Shown here: positions 17,869 to 27,610 of the stretch, piece after piece | Layout: the number at the start of each line of letters is the position of its first letter | Position numbering within the stretch: the stretch's first letter is position 1 | Notes under the pieces: model-generated | What the model saw: only the letters and a program-made list of their open reading frames with translations | Databases searched by the model: none | Told to the model about the DNA's origin: nothing | DNA from: Candidatus Margulisiibacteriota bacterium | GTDB taxonomy: Bacteria > Margulisbacteria > WOR-1 > CAVSGV01 > JBHPDX01 | DNA length: 51,976 nt | Assembly (NCBI GenBank): GCA_042577445.1 | Contig: JBHPDX010000002.1 | Location: 1 to 51,976, forward strand | Reading direction: 5' to 3' | Position numbers and translations under genes: made by a program

Positions 17869-18390
17869 TTATAATATTTTTATTGAAACGAACAACCATA
17901 ACAGGCCAAGCAATACGCCTACTACCATTACAGCTATAATGATCTTAATGAACTTATCTTCTCCTTTTTCCGGCAGATAAAAGTCTATTAGATGGAGTCT
18001 CCTCTCTATCATATCCACAAGGATCAACCCGTCAGGCTGATAGGCGAACTTATATTCGAGAAGCTGGCGCCTTGTTGCGGGATCACGCGGGCTGGCAACG
18101 GATTCCCCCGCTTTCACTTCCGCAACATAATACTTTCCGCGTTTTTCAACGATGTAGTCTGCCTGGACAAAGGAAAGGTTGGGCTTCCCGTCAACAAAAG
18201 TAATAATGTCAGCCCTTCTTTGCTTGTCAACGATCTTAAAATTATGCTTCTTCAGAAGATCCTCTGCTTCCTCCTGGGCGATAAGCGCGCCGCCGGCCCT
18301 GCGGGAAAGCCTGAAGCGTTGAATAATGCGGTTTATATAATAAAAGATATAAGCCCCGATAAGCAGACCGCTTAAACTTGAGACCGCCAC
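17869..18390 (-). CDS. Membrane-anchored protein with a PD-(D/E)XK-nuclease-like core
   Basis: 173 aa with TM helices at both termini. The central ADYIVEKRGKYYVAEVK fits the D...(D/E)-x-K restriction-endonuclease-like motif. Confidence 0.45.
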   Translation of the reverse strand: MAVSSLSGLLIGAYIFYYINRIIQRFRLSRRAGGALIAQEEAEDLLKKHNFKIVDKQRRADIITFVDGKPNLSFVQADYIVEKRGKYYVAEVKAGESVASPRDPATRRQLLEYKFAYQPDGLILVDMIERRLHLIDFYLPEKGEDKFIKIIIAVMVVGVLLGLLWLFVSIKIL

Positions 18391-18412
18391 TATAATAATG
18401 TATTGTTTGATC

Positions 18413-19213
18413 TTAAGCCCCTCCCGCTATATTGGATATTTCTTCACTGATATTTATCTCTTCGGCTTTCTTGCCCTTTTTAAGGTAAATAAAAAATTCC
18501 TGATTGCCATCCGCACCTTTGATCGGTGTCTTGGTAAAACCGCAAACCTTAAATCCCGTTCCATGAGCTTCTCCGGAAACTTTTTCCAAAACCTGCTTAT
18601 GGACCGCCGTGTTCTTGACTATTCCGCCTTTTTCGACCTGATCCCTTCCTGCCTCGAATTGAGGCTTCACAAGCGCAAGGACCTCTGCGTTATCCGCAAG
18701 CAGATCAAGTAACGCAGGAAAGATCTTGCCAAGTGAAATGAAGGACACATCGATCACAGCCAGGTCCGCAGGATCATCTTTTTCTTTGTAAAGATCTTCT
18801 TTCTTCAGGTTCCTGGCATTCATCCTTTCAAGCACTGCAACCCTATCATCCTGCCTTAACTTCCACGCGATCTGGCCGTACCCTACATCAACGGCATAAA
18901 CCTTTTTTGCGCCATGTTGAAGCATGCAATCAGTGAATCCTCCGGTGGAAGCGCCCACATCAATAGAGATCCGGCCCTCTGTTTTGATGTTGAACTGCTT
19001 CAAAGCATGTTCCAGTTTTACTCCGCCGCGGCTCACGAACCTATGAAGCTCTCCAAGTATCCTGATATTTGAGCCTGCATCTACTTTAGTCCCGGACTTC
19101 TCGATCTTTTTTTCATTTGCAAGCACCAGGCCGGCCATTACAGCTGCCTGTGCTCTTGAGCGGGATTCAAAGAACTTTTTCTCGACCAGTAATTCGTCTA
19201 TCCTTTGTTTCAT
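18413..19213 (-). CDS. tlyA: TlyA-family rRNA 2'-O-methyltransferase
   Basis: 266 aa. N-terminal S4 domain (RIDELLV...F.SR..A) plus an FtsJ-type SAM motif DVGASTGGFTDCML. Confidence 0.9.
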   Translation of the reverse strand: MKQRIDELLVEKKFFESRSRAQAAVMAGLVLANEKKIEKSGTKVDAGSNIRILGELHRFVSRGGVKLEHALKQFNIKTEGRISIDVGASTGGFTDCMLQHGAKKVYAVDVGYGQIAWKLRQDDRVAVLERMNARNLKKEDLYKEKDDPADLAVIDVSFISLGKIFPALLDLLADNAEVLALVKPQFEAGRDQVEKGGIVKNTAVHKQVLEKVSGEAHGTGFKVCGFTKTPIKGADGNQEFFIYLKKGKKAEEINISEEISNIAGGA

Positions 19214-19214
19214 T

Positions 19215-20228
19215 CTAAACTTTAATATCTCTTAAGAATTTAGCGGCATTCTCGGGGATAACGGTATTGATGTATATGCCGGAACCCATTTCAAATCCCG
19301 CAACGCGGGCAACACGCGGAACTATCTGTATGTGCCAGTGATAATATTCAACATTCCTTTCATGGCACGGAGAGGACATTACAACAAAGTTGTAAGCGGG
19401 GTCTTTGAGGCCGTTATGCATCTTTGACAAGGTTTTCCGCATAACATAACCCAGCTCTTTCGTCATTACGGCCGTGATCTCTTCAAAGGATGAGCTGTGC
19501 TTCTTCGGGAGGACCCATGTTTCGAACGGCGAAGTCGCCGCAAATGGGATAAATGCAATAAAATTATCAGTTTCATGGACCAGTCTTTCGTTAGCCTGCA
19601 ATTCTTTTTTTATCATCATACAGTAAACACATTCGCCGTTGTCATCAAAATATCTCATTGCCTCTTCGATCCTGTGCCTTATATGCATTGGAGTAACGGG
19701 AGTAGCGACCATTTGAGAATGCGGATGTATAAGCGATGTCCCTGCCTCCCGCTTATGGTTCTTAAAAAGGATTATCAGCTCAAACCTCTTATCTTCAGCA
19801 AGTTTTCTGTAGCGCTCTCTATAAGCGAAGAATATCTCTTCTATCTGCTTCTGGTCCATGGTGGCTAATGTTTTTGTGTGGTCAGGCGTTTCAATGATTA
19901 TTTCATGCTCACCTACTCCGTCCATATGCCTGAAAAATTCATCTATCTTGATACGGTGGATATCCCCCTCGGGTACCAGGGCAGGGAATTTATTTGGGGT
20001 GATCCTTACCCACCATCCAGCGGTATCAGGTTTCGTGCCATAGGTCCTGAAAGAAAATATCTCTCCGGGCGTCATACTCTCATTACCCGGGCAAAAAGGG
20101 CATTTCTTTATGTCATCTTCTGTTTCGACGATCTCTTTAAGGGCCCTGAATTCTTCGGGCCTCGTGGCTCTTTCTGTCGCGATAATTACCCATTCTTTTG
20201 TCGCAGGATTTTGTCGAAGTTCCGGCAC
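19215..20228 (-). CDS. galT: Galactose-1-phosphate uridylyltransferase (HIT superfamily, GalT type)
   Basis: 337 aa. Zinc motif CPFCPGNE and active-site HPHSQ. GTG start with a GGAGGTG SD. Confidence 0.85.
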   Translation of the reverse strand: MPELRQNPATKEWVIIATERATRPEEFRALKEIVETEDDIKKCPFCPGNESMTPGEIFSFRTYGTKPDTAGWWVRITPNKFPALVPEGDIHRIKIDEFFRHMDGVGEHEIIIETPDHTKTLATMDQKQIEEIFFAYRERYRKLAEDKRFELIILFKNHKREAGTSLIHPHSQMVATPVTPMHIRHRIEEAMRYFDDNGECVYCMMIKKELQANERLVHETDNFIAFIPFAATSPFETWVLPKKHSSSFEEITAVMTKELGYVMRKTLSKMHNGLKDPAYNFVVMSSPCHERNVEYYHWHIQIVPRVARVAGFEMGSGIYINTVIPENAAKFLRDIKV

Positions 20229-20339
20229 GATAACACCTCCAAACTGGCAAACATTTTAACATAGTTTGCTTTCTGGAACTAGTTAGCAGATTATATTTCA
20301 TGTTTCCCTTATCTATCAAGGGATTCCAAGGTCGGTTTA

Positions 20340-20348
20340 TGATATAAT
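20340..20348 (+). promoter_or_regulatory. Extended -10 promoter of pcrA (leaderless or near-leaderless)
   Basis: TGaTATAAT at 20340-20348. The ATG at 20358 is 9 nt after the -10 box, with no SD. Confidence 0.45.
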
Positions 20349-20357
20349 TTAAAGATC

Positions 20358-22517
20358 ATGTCGGTCCTAAAAAGCCTAAATCCCACACAGCAGGAAGCCG
20401 TTAAGCATTTTGACGGCCCGCTTCTTATTATAGCCGGCGCAGGCTCCGGAAAAACAAGGGTCTTGACCCACAGGATAGCCTATTTAATAAAGGAGAAACA
20501 CATCCCCGCAAGAGATATCCTTGCTGTCACCTTCACGAACAAAGCAGCGAACGAGATGAAGCACAGGTTGAAAAGGCTTATCGGAATACTTTCACGGAAC
20601 ATGTGGGTTGGAACGTTCCATGCGATCTGCGGACGTATTCTTCGCCGCGATATCGACAAGATCGGCATGGAAAAGAACTTTGTCATATTCGATACGGATG
20701 ACCAGTTATCATTGATGAGATCCGTCATAAAGGAATTGAAACTGGATGAAGAAAAAAAATACAGGCCCCTGGTGATACTTCAAGCTGTAGGCCGGGCAAA
20801 GAACGAACTCATAGGGCCGAAAGACCTGGAAGAAAGGTCTATGGAGCAGTTCGAAGAGAACGTCGCGAAAGCATATGTCTTATATCAGAAAAAATTAGTC
20901 GAGAACAATGCACTCGATTTTGACGATATGCTCTGCCACACGGTTAAGTTATTCAAGGAATCCCCGAAAACACTGGAGTCGTATCAGGAAAGGCTGAAAT
21001 ACATAAGCATCGACGAATATCAGGACACGAACCATGTCCAGTATACCTTAACGAAACTCCTGGCCGGGAAATACAAGAATATCTGCGTTGTCGGGGATAA
21101 TGACCAATCAATATACGGGTGGCGCGGCGCTAACTTCAAGAACATATTGAATTTTGAAAGGGATTATAAGAACGTAAAAGTGGTTGTATTGGAACAGAAC
21201 TACAGGTCCACTCAGAACATATTGAACGCGGCAAACCGCGTAATAATGAACAATACGGTAAGAAAAGAAAAAAATCTTTGGACAAAGAACCCGGAAGGTG
21301 ATCTCCCGACGCATTTCACGGCGATTAACGGACGGAGCGAGGCGATGTTCATTGCGGAAGAGATCAAAAAATTGACCTGCCTGCCGGCAGGCAGGTCCGA
21401 CAAGTTCAAGTACAGTGATTTTGCCGTGCTCTACAGGACGAACGCGCAGTCGCGGCTTCTTGAAGAGGTTTTTCTGCAGGAAGGACTGCCCTATCGGATC
21501 ATAAGCGGCGTCCGCTTTTACGAAAGAAGGGAAATAAAGGACATTATCGCCTACCTGAGAATTATAGTGAACTCAAAGGATAATATCAGCGCAATAAGGA
21601 TAATGAACAATGCGCTGGACGGTATCGGGAAAGGGACCCTTGCTAAATTAGAAGCACGGGGATCAAAAGAAGGAAGATCCATAATAGAACTGCTCCAGAA
21701 TATCGATACGCTCGATCTGAGCGAAAAGATCAAGAAAGCATTGGGAAAGTTCATTGATATGATAAACGGCTTTAAGTTCGATATGTCCGGTCTTTCCGCG
21801 TCACAGATGATAGAAAAAGTGATATATGAGTCGGGCTATAAAAGAAAATTAGAGGAAGAACATGAAGCAGGAAAAGAAGAAACATTGTCAAGGGTCGAGA
21901 ACATAAAAGAACTTATGTCTGTCGCGAAAGAATACGAGAAGAACAGCGATGATAATTCTCTGCCTGCATTTTTAGCGCATGTATCTCTAATGACGGACCT
22001 GGATAATCTTGATGAGAAAGCGCCGGCTATAACGCTCATGACGCTGCACAGCGCAAAAGGACTGGAATTCCCAGCGATATTCATGGCAGGCATGGAAGAA
22101 GGTATCTTCCCGCATTACAGGTCCATTTACGATCCGGCGGAACTTGAAGAAGAAAGGCGGCTTTGCTATGTGGGCATGACGCGCGCAAAACAAAAATTAT
22201 ATCTGGTTTCCGCTCAGGAAAGGCTGCTTTTCGGCGATACTTGGCAGAACGGGCCTTCACGGTTCATTGAAGAAATACCGGAAAGCCTCCTTAATTCAAT
22301 ATCGCCCGATGAATCGCCGGTTGAAGCCGGAACAGTAACGGTCAATGAGGACTTTGAGAATGTTTATCAGGTGGGACAGACAGTAAATCATCCGAAATGG
22401 GGCCCCGGTGAAATAATGGGGATATCAGGAACCGGATCAGAAGTGATAATAAAGATATCTTTTGAGAATGGAAGAGAAAAAGAACTGATGGCCAAGTACG
22501 CTCCGCTTTCAAAGTGA
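20358..22517 (+). CDS. pcrA: ATP-dependent DNA helicase PcrA/UvrD
   Basis: 719 aa. [24 protein letters not shown] and other SF1 motifs. Confidence 0.95.
   Translation: [719 protein letters not shown]
21374..21397. repeat. Perfect 24-nt palindrome inside pcrA
   Basis: GACCTGCCTGCC|GGCAGGCAGGTC, in frame, encoding part of [10 protein letters not shown]. Confidence 0.9.
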
Positions 22518-22520
22518 TCG

Positions 22521-23000
22521 TCAGTCGTTAGCAACCATCTTATACAATACTCTCAGATAACTTTCCACGGAACTTTTTGAACGCTTGCTGCCGACCATGT
22601 CCATTACTTCAAGGACTCTAAGGTCGTAAGGGCGCATAAGAAATAGGTCCCCGATAAAGCTTTTCATGCTGTTCAATGCGCACAGATATTCCACACTTTT
22701 AGGCAAGAGCACTCTGCTTTCAATTACACTGTCAGGGCTGACAAGGCCGCCAACCCAGAGGTTTTTATCACTAAGATGATAAATATAAAGGTTGATCTCC
22801 ATGGCAATAGAAGCTTTGCCGCCTTTATGGTCCCCTACCCAGATGGAGATGAACTCGTCGGTCATTTCAAGATTAATGGTCTTTCTTCCCTTAGAGTTGA
22901 TGCGCTCCCCCTTAATGGTCAGAACATCTTCAGCTCCGCCCTCATAATTCCCCTCGCGTATCAATTTGTAGACCTTGGAACCTGCTTTTTTCGTTTTCAT
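22521..23000 (-). CDS. Hypothetical 159-aa protein
   Basis: ORF with an AGGAGA SD. No family recognised. Its stop lies 3 nt from the convergent pcrA stop. Confidence 0.5.
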   Translation of the reverse strand: MKTKKAGSKVYKLIREGNYEGGAEDVLTIKGERINSKGRKTINLEMTDEFISIWVGDHKGGKASIAMEINLYIYHLSDKNLWVGGLVSPDSVIESRVLLPKSVEYLCALNSMKSFIGDLFLMRPYDLRVLEVMDMVGSKRSKSSVESYLRVLYKMVAND

Positions 23001-23139
23001 TATATTCTCCTAACGTTCATGAAATTTTACATTACTATATCGACGATTAGTCTGACAAATTTCACGTGATTTTTCAAGGGGCACGCTAATTTATGCAGCA
23101 ACTTTCATTGTTCAGTACTATATGCTAAAATTTTACAGA

Positions 23140-25473
23140 ATGAAAAAACTTCTCTGCCTGATATTTATTTTGACCCTGCTGGCAACAGCAGTATATGCAC
23201 AGGATTTTTCCTCGCAGTTCGAGCGCTCCCACACCCTCTTCAAATGGGGATATTACGACGATGCCATAATCCAGCTGAACAAGATAATAAACACAAGGAA
23301 AGAGCCCGCTGTTGCCAGGGCAAAATTCCTGAAAGCCATATGCTACCTGAAAAAGAAAGAAACAATAAAAGCCACCAATATTTTCCAGAAATTAGTGGAT
23401 TCGAAATATATACTCACAGATTACACCATCTACTTTATGGGGAATTACTACATGGATGAAGGAAATTTTGACACCGCAAAAGACCATTTCGCTCTTTTAA
23501 GTAAGAGCTTCCCGAACAGCGCACTCGCAAGAACAGCAAAACTCAAGGAAGCCGAGTGCTTATATAAGTTGAAAGATTTCAAGGGAGCATCACGGATCTA
23601 TGAAGGATACATGCACTCCTACCCTGCAGATGAGAAGATGGACGAGGCGATATTTAATCTGGGGAAATGCCGCGAAAAGATCGGCAATATGAAGGGGGCA
23701 TTCCATGCCTACGATAGGATAAAACACCATTACCCTTTAAGTAAATACCTCAAAAAGGCTAACCAGAGGATAAGATATCTATCAAAACATTATAAATTCC
23801 GCTCAAAGAGAGAAACAGCTCAAACACGTTTCGATAAAGCAATGGCATTTTACAATAAGAAGGATTACAAGGCAGCATCTTACTATTTATGGCAAGTGGT
23901 CAAATACAACAGAAAATCAAAGCTCTTTGATGAAGCACTGTTCAAACTGGCATTCTGCGATTATCGCCTAAGGAGATTCAAGACAGCCACCACCAGGTTC
24001 AGGATATGTGTTAACAGAGGGGGCAAGTTCGCCGATGACGCGCAATTCTATATGGCTTTTTGCTACGGAAAGCGGGGATACTTTTACAAGGCACTCAATT
24101 CCCTTAAAAATGTGATAAGCAAATACAAGGACTCTCCTTATAAAGATGACGCCGTATACTATCTTGGATACTACTACGATGTTAATAATTTCAAGGATTC
24201 CGCCGTAAAAAGATTTGAGGAGCTGGCCATAAAATTCCCGGAGAGCATATACATTGATGATGCACTGTGGCGTGCGGGACAGATACATTACTTCAAAGGA
24301 AGGCTTGATAAGGCGCTCAGCGCCTTTGACCGCGTTGCGACCGAGCATCCGGCAAGTACAATGGCGGATGAATGCGCTTACTGGAAAGCGCTGACACTGG
24401 AAAAAATGGGCAAACGAGTGGAATCCGTCATTGCATATAAATATGTAATAGAGAGATTTGACCACACATACTACAGCCACAGGGCAAGAAAGAAACTGAA
24501 TGCCCTCGGCGTGAATATAAGCGAATTAGAGGATGATAAAATAAAAATAGCCGATCTCGCTTTCGGCAAGGAATTCTTTGAAGCTCCCCCGCACCGTGTC
24601 GACCTGTCAGGCAAGATCGAACCCTACCCTATGGAAGAACCATTCGAGGAAAACCAGGCGGAAACCGCAAAAACAGATCCAAAACATTTCGCCGTAATAG
24701 ACCTGAAAAAGCATTTTAAAAAATACACAGAACTTATGTCCATGAATTTATTTAACGAGGCCGAAATGGAGGCAAGATGGGTCCTTGAAGGTTCTCCAAG
24801 AGACAAAAAAGGATCGGCAAAACTTGCCATCAGCGCAGCGCTTCTCGGAGCCGGGAAATACAGGCAGTCGATAATGTTCGCGGAAGGCATGTGCAATGAA
24901 GCCGTGGCCAACGGCAGATCTCGCGAGATCCCGACGATATCCTGGCGTCTTTCTTATCCTAAAGGATATTATAAACATGTAAAAAAATATTCCGAAAAAT
25001 ACGGGCTGGACCCATACCTGGTGCTTGCGGTCATAAGAGAAGAGAGCAGGTTCAATCCCGTGACGCTTTCCTGGGCAAGAGCCCACGGCCTTATGCAGAT
25101 AATACCGCCGACCGGTCGTGATATAGCAAGGTCTCTCCGAATCCGGCCTTTTTACTATAGAAGGATGTATGAGCCGGAATTGAACATAAAAATGGGTTGC
25201 TGGTACCTGTCGCGTTTAATAAAAAAGTTCAACGGCAATACCATGATGGCGCTGGCAGGATACAACGGCGGCCCGAGGAACGTGAGCAGATGGATGAGCC
25301 GATGGAAAAGAAAATACGGCTCTGACATAAACACGGATGAGTTCGCTGAAAGCATCCCTTTAAAGGAAACCAGGCGCTATGTACAAAAAGTATTAAAAAG
25401 TTATAATGAATACAAAAGGATCTACAAGGAAAGATCGATCAGCCTGACCGACTTCATTTATCACCATGACTAA
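23140..25473 (+). CDS. slt: Soluble lytic murein transglycosylase (Slt70-like) with N-terminal TPR/superhelical region
   Basis: C-terminal SLT domain [11 protein letters not shown]...AHGLMQIIP...AGYNGGP. The start is moved to the ATG at 23140, which gives a signal peptide [21 protein letters not shown]. The ORF track start 23122 adds 6 residues. Confidence 0.85.
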   Translation: MKKLLCLIFILTLLATAVYAQDFSSQFERSHTLFKWGYYDDAIIQLNKIINTRKEPAVARAKFLKAICYLKKKETIKATNIFQKLVDSKYILTDYTIYFMGNYYMDEGNFDTAKDHFALLSKSFPNSALARTAKLKEAECLYKLKDFKGASRIYEGYMHSYPADEKMDEAIFNLGKCREKIGNMKGAFHAYDRIKHHYPLSKYLKKANQRIRYLSKHYKFRSKRETAQTRFDKAMAFYNKKDYKAASYYLWQVVKYNRKSKLFDEALFKLAFCDYRLRRFKTATTRFRICVNRGGKFADDAQFYMAFCYGKRGYFYKALNSLKNVISKYKDSPYKDDAVYYLGYYYDVNNFKDSAVKRFEELAIKFPESIYIDDALWRAGQIHYFKGRLDKALSAFDRVATEHPASTMADECAYWKALTLEKMGKRVESVIAYKYVIERFDHTYYSHRARKKLNALGVNISELEDDKIKIADLAFGKEFFEAPPHRVDLSGKIEPYPMEEPFEENQAETAKTDPKHFAVIDLKKHFKKYTELMSMNLFNEAEMEARWVLEGSPRDKKGSAKLAISAALLGAGKYRQSIMFAEGMCNEAVANGRSREIPTISWRLSYPKGYYKHVKKYSEKYGLDPYLVLAVIREESRFNPVTLSWARAHGLMQIIPPTGRDIARSLRIRPFYYRRMYEPELNIKMGCWYLSRLIKKFNGNTMMALAGYNGGPRNVSRWMSRWKRKYGSDINTDEFAESIPLKETRRYVQKVLKSYNEYKRIYKERSISLTDFIYHHD

Positions 25474-26491
25474 AGATAACGAAGAAAAGATAATAACAGT
25501 GGATAGACGCCCAGAGGATACGGCTTTCAGCGGTCTTCGCCCGACTAATTTGACCAAATTCATCGGACAGGACAAGCTGAAGGAAAATCTGAAGATCCAC
25601 ATGGGTGCCGCCAAAAAAAGGAAGGAAGCCCTCGAGCATATACTGCTTTACGGCCCTCCTGGATTGGGAAAGACAACTTTAGCGAACATCGTCGCGAATG
25701 AAATGGGCGTTAATATCAAAGTAACTTCCGGTCCCGCGATCGAGCGTCCCGGAGATCTGGCGGCGATACTTACTAACTTGAAAGACCTTGACCTGCTTTT
25801 TATCGATGAGATACACCGGCTGAACAGGACAGTGGAAGAAGTGCTATACCCAGCAATGGAGGATTTTGGACTTGATATAGTGATAGGAAAAGGGCCTAGC
25901 GCCAGATCAATTAGATTGGATCTGCCGAAGTTCACTTTGATAGGTGCGACGACCAGGGCCGGGCAGATGACATCGCCGCTGCGCGACAGGTTCGGGATGA
26001 TCGCACGGCTGGAATTCTATTCGGTAAAGGACCTGGAAACGATAATAAAGCACGCTTCCGAGGTCCTTGGAATAAAGATAGACGGCGAAGGCGCCCATGA
26101 AATAGCCAAAAGATCGCGCGGAACCCCAAGAATAGCGAACAGACTGCTCCGACGCGTAAGGGATTACAGCCAGGTAAAATCACACGGCAATATCGACAAG
26201 GCGACAGCAGTTACGGCATTGAATAATCTGGATATTGATGAACTGGGCCTTGATAAGGTGGACAGGAAGCTTTTAAAGACTATCATAGAGAAATTCAAGG
26301 GCGGACCTGTAGGAATAGAGACCATAGCCGCGTCCGTTTCGGAAGAGGCAGAGACAGTTGAAGATGTATATGAACCGTATCTTATGCAGATCGGGTATAT
26401 TGAACGCACACAGCGCGGCAGAATGGCGACCGAAGCCGCATATAAACATCTTGGGCTGAAGGTAAATGAAAAGCAGAACAAGCTGTTTTAA
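25466..26491 (+). CDS. ruvB: Holliday junction branch-migration helicase RuvB
   Basis: 341 aa. [16 protein letters not shown], and the RuvB C-terminal winged helix. Overlaps slt by 8 nt. Confidence 0.95.
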   Translation: MTKDNEEKIITVDRRPEDTAFSGLRPTNLTKFIGQDKLKENLKIHMGAAKKRKEALEHILLYGPPGLGKTTLANIVANEMGVNIKVTSGPAIERPGDLAAILTNLKDLDLLFIDEIHRLNRTVEEVLYPAMEDFGLDIVIGKGPSARSIRLDLPKFTLIGATTRAGQMTSPLRDRFGMIARLEFYSVKDLETIIKHASEVLGIKIDGEGAHEIAKRSRGTPRIANRLLRRVRDYSQVKSHGNIDKATAVTALNNLDIDELGLDKVDRKLLKTIIEKFKGGPVGIETIAASVSEEAETVEDVYEPYLMQIGYIERTQRGRMATEAAYKHLGLKVNEKQNKLF

Positions 26492-26550
26492 TTTGTAAAA
26501 ACACCCCAGAAATACTATAATACCCTGAAACTTAAGAGAGGTGAGTATAA

Positions 26551-26820
26551 ATGGTAAGAAATTGGATGCAGACCGCGGTGTTGTCTTTGATCTTTGCAGC
26601 ATTCCTTACGGCATTTGCCCTATCAAACTCACAGAACACGAAGGTTTCTCTAGTGTTCTGGCAGGGAGAGATGTCGCTGGCACTGGTAATACTTGTATCT
26701 ATACTGACAGGAGTGATATGCACCGGTATCGTCGCCGTTATTGAAGAGACAAAAATGCTGCGGCATATCAAAAAGCTGGAAGAAAAGGTAAAAGAACAAG
26801 AAGGCCAGTCCACGCTGTAA
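26551..26820 (+). CDS. LapA-domain (DUF1049) small inner-membrane protein
   Basis: 89 aa, two TM helices followed by a charged coiled tail. Pattern recalled from LapA/YciS-like proteins. Confidence 0.6.
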   Translation: MVRNWMQTAVLSLIFAAFLTAFALSNSQNTKVSLVFWQGEMSLALVILVSILTGVICTGIVAVIEETKMLRHIKKLEEKVKEQEGQSTL

Positions 26821-26821
26821 C

Positions 26822-27415
26822 ATGAAAAGAAAAGCGGAAGTAAAAAGGAAGACAAAAGAGACCGACATTAACCTTTCCTTGATCATAGATGGTTCAGGAA
26901 AAAGCAATATTAAGACCGGTATCCCCTTCTTTGACCACATGCTCACTCTTTTCGCCAAACACGGCATATTCGACCTCAAATTGACGGCAAAGGGAGACAT
27001 CGAAGTTGACTATCACCACACAGTTGAAGATGTAGGTATATGCCTCGGACAGGCCGTTAAAAAAGCTCTCGGCAAAAAGGCAGGGATCGAGCGTTTCGGT
27101 GAAGGAAAAGCAAGGGTGCCAATGGATGAATCCCTGGCAGAGGTTAGTATCGACATCAGCGGCAGGCCGCATCTCACATATAATGTAAAGCCACCTGCAA
27201 GCGAGACAGACAAGTTCTCAATAGAATTGGTTGAGGAATTCTTCAATGCTTTCATGCTTAATGCCGGCGTTACCGTTCATGTTGATCTGATAAGGGGAAA
27301 GAACTCACATCATATGAAGGAAGCCATATTTAAAGCATTTGCTGTAGCGCTGTCGCGCGCCTGCCAGATAAGCCCACGTAAAAAGGGAGTTCCTTCTACT
27401 AAAGGCACTCTTTAA
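26822..27415 (+). CDS. hisB: Imidazoleglycerol-phosphate dehydratase
   Basis: 197 aa. DYHHTVEDVG and NSHHMKEAIFKAF motifs. Confidence 0.95.
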   Translation: MKRKAEVKRKTKETDINLSLIIDGSGKSNIKTGIPFFDHMLTLFAKHGIFDLKLTAKGDIEVDYHHTVEDVGICLGQAVKKALGKKAGIERFGEGKARVPMDESLAEVSIDISGRPHLTYNVKPPASETDKFSIELVEEFFNAFMLNAGVTVHVDLIRGKNSHHMKEAIFKAFAVALSRACQISPRKKGVPSTKGTL

Positions 27416-27518
27416 ATCCGAATGTCCTAAATCCGAAAACCCGAACGAAGTGTGCTTCGCTTAGCACTTATATAATATTTACATTGTTCGGACATTAGGA
27501 AATTCGGATTTCGGATTT
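27414..27518. repeat. 105-nt palindromic, heptamer-rich intergenic element
   Basis: AAATCCGAA at 27414-27422 and again at 27429-27437. Inverted TTCGGATTTCGGATTT at 27503-27518 and GTTCGGAC at 27486-27493. Central imperfect hairpin AAGTG(T)GCT-TCGCTT-AGCACTT. Confidence 0.55.
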
Positions 27519-27610
27519 ATCTTCCGTACTTAGGTCTTTTGATAAAGTGAATGCCGCCTGATCCCTTTCATTTTAGACAAACCTTCCCCTTTATTGTATA
27601 ATTTCTTAAT

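Noticed and set aside
23968-24480. 170-aa reverse-strand ORF inside slt
   Set aside because: It is antisense to a well-supported TPR/SLT gene, with no SD or promoter and a composition typical of a shadow frame.
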